Shown in pieces: positions 54,063-64,000 of a stretch of 64,000 nucleotides of DNA. This DNA is from Chrysomallon squamiferum. Its lineage: Eukaryota > Animalia > Mollusca. The position numbers and the translations under genes are program-made. Numbering within the stretch: position 1 is the stretch's first letter; every line of letters starts with the position of its first letter. The notes under the pieces are model-generated. The model saw only the letters and a list, made by a program, of their open reading frames with translations, was not told the origin of the DNA and made no database searches. Location: contig CM022667.1 of the NCBI GenBank assembly GCA_012295275.1, positions 8,742,001 through 8,806,000 of the forward strand, written 5' to 3'.

Positions 54063-54511
54063 CTGTATTATCACGCATAAATCAATTGTTCAGTGACCTA
54101 ATACACACAATTGTTCGTTTTATCACTTTCATTTGAATCCCATCCTAATCCCCAATTTTGCATATGAATATGAGCAGGGTATATGAGAACTGACCATGGA
54201 CAACTCCCTTGGAACTGACTGAGCTGCAGTCATCAACTTCACACGTTCATACAGCAAGATTGTTGTGTTCACGCAACAGCATTAGTGAGCAATTGGGATA
54301 ATATACAAGCTTAAATGTTACTTTTTATAGTACTGCTTGTTACTATTCTTGTAGAATTGTAGCTTATGGTGTATTTTACATAGTAATATTTAAATTTGTG
54401 ATACAATGTATTTTAGATAACGCCCCCTGATGTGCGTTCGGCACCCCCCAAATGAAGAAAATACTCACAATGCCCACAAGGGGGCATTATCGCCCATGTT
54501 GGGAATCCCTG
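54063..54511. mobile_element. Orphan terminal fragment of a third hAT element
   Basis: Ends in ...ATCGCCCATGTTGGGAATCCCTG (54511), followed by ATCTATAA (nnnTAnnn). Subterminal CGCCCCC/CACCCCC motifs. No matching left end found. Confidence 0.6.
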
Positions 54512-54934
54512 ATCTATAAGAAAACAAACCCAATTAATTTTCTATTGTTTTGGGGAAACCTATTTGAAATATGGACACAGCAAGCACAGCTGTTGATTCC
54601 TCCTTTCATTCCCTGCATTCGCCTTGATGATGAAGCTGTAGAAAGTTGCCATATTTAGGTTGTTTCTTCCGACTGAATCGGGATCACGCAGCAGCAAGGC
54701 AATATCTCTTGGGTGGTTTCTCCTCTTCTTCTTTCTCATTTGTTGTATTCTTCTGCGATGACTCTGTCCCACCATCCAGTAGGTCTTGTAAGACCGGACT
54801 CAGACACGGCATGGACGAGTCACGGTAATTATGTTAATATAAGTTACGTTACATGTATTAAAGAAATGTAATGCCTTTATGATACAATACACAGCTTAAT
54901 TAAAGCACCGAAACAAGTGAGAAAATTATCTTAA

Positions 54935-56505
54935 AAATCCTGCTGCCAAACTCTTATCACAGCAATACCAAAGTTCCAAAATCCTCTCCCATACAAATCC
55001 TGCTACCAAACTCTTATCACAGCAATACCAAAGTTCCAAAATCCTCTACCATACAAATCCTGCTGCCAAACTCTTATCACAGCAATACCAAAGTTCCAAA
55101 ATCCTCTCCCATACAAATCCTGCTGCCAAACTCTTATCACAGCAATACCAAAGTTCCAAAATCCTCTCCCATACAAATCCTGCTGCCAAACTCTTATCAC
55201 AACAATACCAAAGTTCCAAAATCCTCTCCCATACAAATCCTGCTGCCAAACTCTTATCACAGCAATACCAAAGTTCCAAAATCCTCTCCCATACAAATCC
55301 TGCTGCCAAACTCTTATCACAGCAATACCAAAGTTCCAAAATCCTTTCCCATACAAATCCTGCTACCAAACTCTTATCACAGCAATACCAAAGTTCCAAA
55401 ATCCTTTCCCATACAAATCCTGTTACCAAACTCTTATCACAGCAATACCAAAGTTCCAAAATCCTCTCCCATACAAATCCTGCTACCAAACTCTTATCAC
55501 AGCAATACCAAAGTTCCAAAATCCTCTACCATACAAATCCTGCTACCAAACTCTTATCACAGCAATACCAAAGTTCCAAAATCCTCTCCCATACAAATCC
55601 TGCTGCCAAACTCTTATCACAGCAATACCAAAGTTCCAAAATCCTCTACCATACAAATCCTGCTGCCAAACTCTTATCACAGCAATACCAAAGTTCCAAA
55701 ATCCTCTCCCATACAAATCCTGCTGCCAAACTCTTACCACATCAATACCAAAGTTCCAAAATCCTCTCCCATGCAAATCCTGCTACCGAAGTTCCAAAAT
55801 CCTTTCCCATTCAAATCCTGCTACCAAACTCTTATCACAGCAATACCAAAGTTCCAAAATCCTCTACCATACAAATCCTGCTACCAAACTCTTATCACAG
55901 CAATACCAAAGTTCCAAAATCCTCTACCATACAAATCCTGCTGCCAAACTCTTATCACAGCAATACCAAAGTTCCAAAATCCTCTCCCATACAAATCCTG
56001 CTACCACTCTTACCACATCAATACCAAAGTTCCAAAATCCTCTCCCATGCAAATCCTGCTACCGAAGTTCCAAAATCCTTTCCCATTCAAATCCTGCTAC
56101 CAAACTCTTATCACAGCAATACCAAAGTTCCAAAATCCTCTACCATACAAATCCTGCTGCCAAACTCTTATCACAGCAATACCAAAGTTCCAAAATCCCC
56201 TACCATACAAATCCTGCTACCAAACTCTTATCACAGCAATACCAAAGTTCCAAAATCCTCTACCATACAAATCCTGCTACCAAACTCTTATCACAGCAAT
56301 ACCAAAGTTCCAAAATCCTTTCCCATTCAAATCCTGCTACCAAACTCTTATCACAGCAATACCAAAGTTCCAAAATCCTCTACCATACAAATCCTGCTGC
56401 CAAACTCTTATCACAGCAATACCAAAGTTCCAACATCCTCCCATACAAATCCTGCTGCCAAACTCTTATCACAGCAATACCAAAGCTTCAAGATCCTCTC
56501 CCATG
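54935..56505. repeat. 60-bp minisatellite, about 26 copies, with higher-order structure
   Basis: Unit AAATCCTGCT(G/A)CCAAACTCTTATCACAGCAATACCAAAGTTCCAAAATCCTCTCCCATAC, in register with the 60-nt lines. A shortened ~37-bp unit recurs at ~55771 and ~56048. Confidence 0.97.
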
Positions 56506-58414
56506 ACCTCCATAAACCTAAAATGGAACCAAGGGTTACGCAAGTGCCTGCAAAATTTCTTTAGTGTGTTGTCATCAGGCATTTTCACCCTGAAAACATG
56601 CATTCAAGTACAGTTATCTTTCTTATTTTCATAAACCAGTTTCACAACTGTAATACTGTCTACACGGTTCATTTAGAACAGAGGGGACAGAACGTCCTTA
56701 AAACTTCTGAATCCAACACCAACATCTCTTGTTTTACATTATCATATGTTGCTTTCAGTTTCTTAAGCCTTAATGGCTGAGTGGCTGTCAACAAAACTCA
56801 TTTGGTGGCTGCTTCCACTCTAAATTCTCTGTTGTTGTCCCCTGTGATTGATAGAATAATGGTGAACAGTTTACAAAGATATTATATGTTTCTCCTTTTT
56901 TAAAGTAAAAACATTACCACATAGAGCGACTGGCATCTTTTTGAATTCTATGATGAAACCATTTTTCAATACGTTAATTATGTTAGAGGACAATTCTGAA
57001 CTCTTTAGGAATCACTGGTTTAAACATTAATCGTGAGAAATTTGTTATGTATAAATAAACAAAATGTTAAGTATAGGCGTGAAAATGAAGAGGTGTTTTT
57101 TTTGTGTGAATAATCATGTTGATAGTAATAAGTTTTATACAATTTTTGTAATTATTTTCAACTTTGCAGGGTATATATTTTGCAAATTGTGTTGAATAAT
57201 TTATTTTTTATATGCAATGTATACAATATCTAAAATCATTTTGTAAAATGAATAAAAAAAAAATATAAAAAAAGATTGTTTAGTTTTTTTTGTTTTTTTA
57301 ATTATTTATCTGGAAATATTAAGGAACTACATTTAAGTTACATATAATCAGAGCTTTTTGTGAATAATACGTTGCTGTTATTCAGATTATTCACTTCTGG
57401 GATGACAATTACAATCTATCAGCAAAAATTCAATTTACTTTTACCATAAGTAAATAGCAAGGCATAAAGAACTGATGAAAATGAAGCAATACACTGGAGA
57501 GCCTAAAGTAACTTGACATATTTGGTGTTTGTAGCAGTAACTAAAGATGGACAATATGAAAGGTATTTGGTTTTTAATAACTTTTTATTTTCACAATATG
57601 AGAGACGATCTGTCAATTTTAAAAAAAGTATCTGCTGGAATTTTAATTTTTAATTTACACATTAAATAAAACTGATAAACCTATAACTTATAATTTATGT
57701 TGTCTAGTACTTTTTTTTGTTTTTTCTCACTGCAACATTTGTCAGAAAAAGAATTAAATTAATAGAATAATGCTAAAAATATTGAAAATCCTTAGTAATG
57801 AAGAACTCTGACATAAAATAAAAGATAAAAAGAAAAAATAAGTAAGTAACCATAAAGAAACGTGATATTTCAGAAAATTTATTTTAAAAATTAAATATCA
57901 GTGCAGTGTGCTTCTGTTCACACTTCTGCTGAAATGCAATTTAAAAAAAAAAAGGTTTTGTTGTTTTTTTGTATTATTATTATCTTTAGTAATGGACAAT
58001 ATTAAATTACTTGCTTCTTACTAAACTTATCTGTTACAAACATCAATTATTGTACACTGATTCCTGGAATGTCGTTTGGCTGTCTGTTCTTTTTAAGAAC
58101 AGGTTTCTTAATGCGGCTGCAACAACACATTGTTTATCAAATCAATGCAGATAATTGTTGTATTCTAAATGATACTAGGTTGCAGATTCTTTAATATCAA
58201 GACACAACAATCTGTTAAGTTCCAAATTCATTAACTTCAATGCCAACAAGAAAAAGAGACAGGCCCCAGTAATAATGGTTGTGAGGTCACAGAATTCGTT
58301 CGTTACTTCCGATGAATAAACACAGAGGTACATTATTTGTGGTAGTATCCTGATGTAAGTAAATATGTAGGAGCAGAACTGTGTTTTTTTTTTACTCTTG
58401 TTCCATCGTGTTCA

Positions 58415-60153
58415 TCACAAGCCAAACTTGGTAGGAGTTCGTTTTGGTGTTGCTACGGGTGTTCCTGGTTCCATTCTGCCTGGAGTGGCAATGGCTGCCC
58501 TGAAATTACAGAATATTTTATTACTAAAAACAAGGTAATTTATAATTCACAAACACAGTGCTATTAATTGTTCTTTTGTTTATACCTGGTGTGATTACAA
58601 CATTGATGTCTTTCATTTGACACTTTTATATATTGGTGATCTATGTCCAGTTTATCAAATGTTTCTTGTGTTTTTTTTCTTATCCACCAGATATTTAATC
58701 ATCTTGTGTAGCATCTTCTTAATCCTTTTTCAGTAAATTATACATATTGGATATTTCAGTACAGAGTATCAGCCAAAATTATGCTTTGGGTTTTAGTATG
58801 GCTATTTTTTGTTTCTAATTCCCCTAACCACCACACCCAAATTCTGCTCTGTAGGTTATTTATTTATTTACTTCTTTATTATTATTATTATTATTTATAT
58901 ATTTTAAAAGGCTGAAAACAGAATGATACAAAAAAATATGTTATTACTTTCTGACAGACACATTGACTTTCTGTTCATGTTCTTTTCTTGCTTTTATCAA
59001 CTCCTCTGCTCTCTTCATCTCACTCTCCATAGTGTCCATCTCCTCCTGGGCCTGCAGTTTTCTTTCCTAAAATAAAATAATAATGAAAATTTATCTATTG
59101 ATCTGATAAGAAACTCAGGTCTTAAGAAAATAATAAAGAAAAACTCAATGAAAATTTGAAAAATTTATAACAGGAAATTACACAGATGATTTTAATGATG
59201 ACAGCCATAGGCCATTTACTAATTAGAAGCATAGAATATATACATTATCTTGTCAGAAACATTTCATAATTAATAAATTAATAAATAAATAAATAAATAA
59301 GAGAATTCTTTGTTTATGAAAGTTAGCAGTATATTTTGACATCTGCAATATCTAATTTGAAAAACATTACAAAAGTCAATGCCTGGAAAACATTGAAAAT
59401 GTATCTTCTGGGTGTCTCACCCCATATATTTTTAAAGTGTACTCTTGTTAATGAAAACTGGATTGTGGAAAAAACATTTCAATTAAAACATGATCAGGAA
59501 CTAAGAACCTATTTCTTCACATTGCCAAAATAAGTTTAAAAAGGCACACTCTAATAAGTTAAAGAAAAGGTAAAACTGGGTATGTTTACCACTCGTGTCT
59601 TTGAAGAATCTTTGATGCTGTAAAACATGGGTCCAAGTTCTGCTAGCCACTGTCCATCCACAGCTGTCACACACTGCATGTACTCCTGTCACAAAAATAA
59701 ATATGTTGTATATTCCTTGATAAAAACACATAATCCTAGTCAAACAGCCCTTGAAAAACATTAAGTCATAATCACTGAGTATAGGTTGTGTATTTGTGTA
59801 TGTTGTTTGGATGGTTGTGTGTTGAGTGTGTGTGTGAATGTTAAGTGTGTGTATTTTTTTCAGCCTACCTTAGAAGTCATGACAAGTTCATGATAGACAA
59901 TATAATCAGGTGTGTATCCCATTCCAAACAAAGCACTGGTTGGGTGAAGGTGACATGGCATTCCTGTTCGAGTATTTACATATTCACCCAGACCCTGAAA
60001 AAATAAAAAATAATTTGCATAGTATAAAATTTAATTACATATTTAAAAATGCTATTAAAGATTAATGGAGTAAAAAGATTTCTGTATAAATACTATAAAA
60101 TGTATTTCTTTAAAACTGTTCAACACAATTAAAAGTTCTTTTTTATTTATTTA

Positions 60154-60207
<54 letters not shown>

Positions 60208-61856
60208 TTTAACCTCTCCTGTGTTAAGTTGTACTGTGTGAATGTGCTTGTAAAGCAAGAAGCATACCAAGTTTCAGTTTGAGCAATATTTTGAGTAACT
60301 GGTACAGTTTTTTTTTAGATTCTGAGAATTTAGTATTTTAAACTTTGACATCACATTAATAAAAATGCTCTTATGCTGTTAATTTTTGAATTATTATTAT
60401 TATTTATTATCATTTTTTGTTTGTTTATGAGTGATGAAATAAAATTACCTTTATTCTGGCAGCCTGGTGGAAGTACGCAGAACAGATACATTTTCTTATC
60501 ACATCCCACTCATTACCACACGACACCATCGCCATCTTCTGCTGATCCATGATTTCTTTTAACTGCTGTCGAACCTCACGTACCTTCAAACAACAACAAC
60601 AACAATAATAATAATAATTACAATAATAACAACAATAACATATAGTAATAATAATAAAAATATTATTACTAATATTAATAATTAATAACAATAATAAAAA
60701 TAACAACAACAACAACAGAACCAGATCTAACAATAAAAAATTGCTAATAAGTTATAATAACAATTATATTTTAATATGTTACAGTGGTTGTGGTAACATT
60801 ATTGTTGACCTGTAATAATTATAATAATAATAATTATACCAGCATTGCAGTAGTAGCACTAGCAGTAGTAATAGTTCTTGTTAGTATCATCATTATTATT
60901 TTTAGTAGTAGTAGTAGTAGTATACATTTTTTCAGTTTAAATTAATAAAAAAAGTAACTGAACAAAAATAGTTTACAATTAAACAAGGGAGGTAACTTGT
61001 CTAATATACTAGGATAACTGCATAAACAACCAACATGGAAAATAAAAAAAGAACAACGAAGTGCATTAAGGTCAAAGTTTTAATTTATGCATACTTAATT
61101 AACTGTGTGTGTGTATGTACATAATCTAGATGTGACTTTTTAACAATTCAGGGTTGAAAGGGGTTTAACCTGAATACATTTAATAACCTTTTATTTTATG
61201 AAATAACATTTTTTGCCTGTACAAAATAAATACAATTGATATCAAAAGTCTGTTTTTGTTTCAGTATCTTGAAGAAGAAAATATAATATATGATTCTTTA
61301 TTTTATTACTAATTTTGTTATTGTTTTATTACTACAACAAGAACAATTAAGGCTTTACTGGTACTGCTACTCCAACTACTATTGCAGCTACTACTGTTAC
61401 TACTATTATGACCACTGCAACTATTACTAATAATCCAATTATAACTGCTATCACTACTGTTTTATTTACTTACTTATGTTTTATTATTGCTGATATCATT
61501 ATAAAATAATTATGGTTCTTGTTATTATTATTATATACCAAGTCAAATGAAATCATTTAAAAGGAATAAAATAAATTATCTGTAAGAGAAAGTAAATTGC
61601 TCAACAATTCAGGAATACAAGTAAAACAAAAGATGTCATTAACTCACCTTTCTCATAGCTTTGATGTGAATAAAATGTTCATTGCACCATGAAGCTGAAT
61701 ATCTGAAATAACAACAATAAAAATAACAATAACTGACAACAATAATAATAATAATAATGAATCTTAATAAGAAATAATTACAATAAATATATAAAAAATA
61801 ATAATAATATAAAAATAAAAAAATAATGATAATATAAAAATAAAAAAATAATAATA

Positions 61857-61924
<68 letters not shown>

Positions 61925-62342
61925 CAATAAAATGCAAAATAAAATACCTTAAATACAATTTACTTATTAAAAACGAAACCAAATAACATTTGACTAATTT
62001 ATTTAAATTGCAATTTTTCAGTCCATATCATTAGCCACTGTACTTAAGAATCTGTTCTATTATTTAATCAGTTCATCACAAAAACAACAACAGATCCAGT
62101 ATGTTTGTTTAAAGACAGTGATTTCCAGGCAACTCGAACAACAGATGAAAGTTCTCACATGAACTGAATGTGTAGGGTTCAGTGGAAACTCACCCGTTTC
62201 GCTTCCACTGCTGGTAGACATTGAGGAGAGTCAGGTGATCGCTCTCCGCTACTTGAAATTTCTCCCTCGCAGCATCCGAGTCTTCTTCTCGCCCTTTTGG
62301 TCGATAGAAAATAGCCGGGACAGACAGCATGGACACTATAGT
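58415..62342 (-). CDS. DHX38: Pre-mRNA splicing DEAH-box helicase PRP16/DHX38, last 7 coding exons; 5' part lies beyond the window
   Basis: Exons 62342-62194, 61702-61648, 60583-60449, 59994-59869, 59685-59590, 59066-58948, 58499-58415. [75 protein letters not shown], ending [11 protein letters not shown]. Confidence 0.96.
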
Positions 62343-62456
62343 CTGTGGAAAACAGTAAAATCAAACATTTCTAATTAATTAAAATGTAGTGTTTTTTCTT
62401 ATCTGATTTTATTTATGAGTGTCTGAGTGTATGTATGTGTACATACTTGAGTGTTT

Positions 62457-62505
<49 letters not shown>

Positions 62506-62906
62506 ATTAAATAAAAACAATGATTCAGTATGTGTTTCTGTAGGTGTATGTGTGAAGATTAGACTCTAAATAGTCTGGTGTCTCGAGTGGTAGTACAAAC
62601 AACATATTCAAATTGCAACAGAAATTTTTTGTTTTCATAAGTACATCCTATAAACAATCTTTCAAATGCAGAATAAAAATGTAAAATTTCAGGAAAATGT
62701 ATTTCAGTCTGTACCTGACATATTGTATATGAGCTTCAGTTTTCTACATCACTAAGTCAGAAAACAAACACTTTAGGTCTGCCATAGTTAAACAAACATG
62801 TCAAGTGTCATTAACCAACTTACATCATTCTCAGTGATAAATATGTTTATTTTCTAGTGGCAAACCTTACAAATGTTTGTTCAGGCGTGTAACTCAAATC
62901 AGTATA

Positions 62907-62937
<31 letters not shown>

Positions 62938-64000
62938 AAATGTAAATACAACAATAATAAATACCCCTCCCCCCCCAAAAAAAAATAATGAAAATAAAAT
63001 AAAATAATATAAATTAAAAAAATTTAAAAGTAAAATAAAAGATAAAAATGAAATGAAATAAAATAAAATGTAAGTAAGTAAAGAACTAAATAAAAATAAA
63101 TAAATAATAATAATAAAAAAGATCACTATCAAAATACACCATTAAAATGGTGGCTATAAATATTATCAGATTTTGTCCATACAAGATCCACGAAGCATAA
63201 ACTAATGAAGACTGTACATAAACATACATATCAGTGACGTTCAGGTAAACATCTTGTTTATCTGATATTCTGTATCTCACATCTATCTCAAAACACACAA
63301 AAAAACCCTCAACCACAACAAAACAGAAACATGAAATACTGATATTTTTTTCTTCCTTCTTCTAGTGTTTGCAGTTTCACTTTTCTGTACATGTCATCTT
63401 TAAGCCACAGGTATTATTTGTTGTTATACACCATGAAAAGAGCCTAACATAGTTTTAAACTTGTGAACCTATCCTACTGCCATGAAAAAAACCAACAAAA
63501 AAAAACCCACAACAAATAATGATAGTAATGATAATAATAAAAACTGTTTCAAACAATGAAAATATTTTATCACCAGTCATAAACTTTTGTACTTTGTTAA
63601 AACTGCCTGCCTCACAAATTAACCTCCAAGAATTTTGATGATTTTATCAGTGAAGAAAGGTTAAGGGAGGTTTCAGAGAGGGGTGTGTAGCTTCCCTAAA
63701 GTCCCCCCTTAAACTTTCCAAAGCCTACTATCTTTATGATATAATTTTGTAATTTAAACTTTCATTACTAATTGTTGTGTGATAAAAAAACAACAACAGT
63801 AATAACAATAATAAAAAAATCACATAGCTAGTTAGTTTTAAACTAAATGTTTATAGGTTGAAATTTCATACTCAGACAGTTTTCAGTTATTTGTAAACAT
63901 TAGCTAGTCAAAATCCTCCCATACATTTCACTTTTCTTTTTAAAACAAATATATAATAATAACAGCAACAATCACTACAATTACAATGATTTAAATGTTT

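Noticed and set aside
55003-56634. Repeat-protein ORFs of 77-287 aa
   Set aside because: They arise because the 60-bp unit lacks stops in some frames; no splice or start context supports them.
62179-62364. 61-aa ORF as a separate gene
   Set aside because: Alternative frame of the DHX38 exon 62342-62194.

Overview
AT-rich, microsatellite-rich animal genomic DNA, probably a lophotrochozoan invertebrate such as a mollusc (inference from protein style and intron conservation). Reading splice junctions by hand gives seven intron-containing genes in order: RNF31/HOIP 3' end (+), a C20orf96/DUF4618-like coiled-coil gene (+), COX4 (-), SYS1 (+), VPS35 (-) head-to-head with ORC6 (+), and the DHX38/PRP16 3' end (-). 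Two introns are U12-type (VPS35 and the C20orf96-like gene). Mobile elements: a TA-flanked pogo/Tigger-like MITE and a cluster of defective hAT transposons, followed by a 60-bp minisatellite. The most unusual structures are (1) a 44-bp tandem array in RNF31 stacking 13 copies of a 3' splice site plus exon start, where only the last is productive and one variant could form a new in-frame cassette exon; (2) a ~290-bp inverted duplication with exon-like features between COX4 and SYS1; (3) tandem copies of the VPS35 stop-codon hairpin in its 3' UTR. Two single-base frameshifts (VPS35, C20orf96-like) are most likely assembly errors. No prokaryotic system, CRISPR array, tRNA or rRNA was seen. All identifications are by recall of family motifs; no database search was run.
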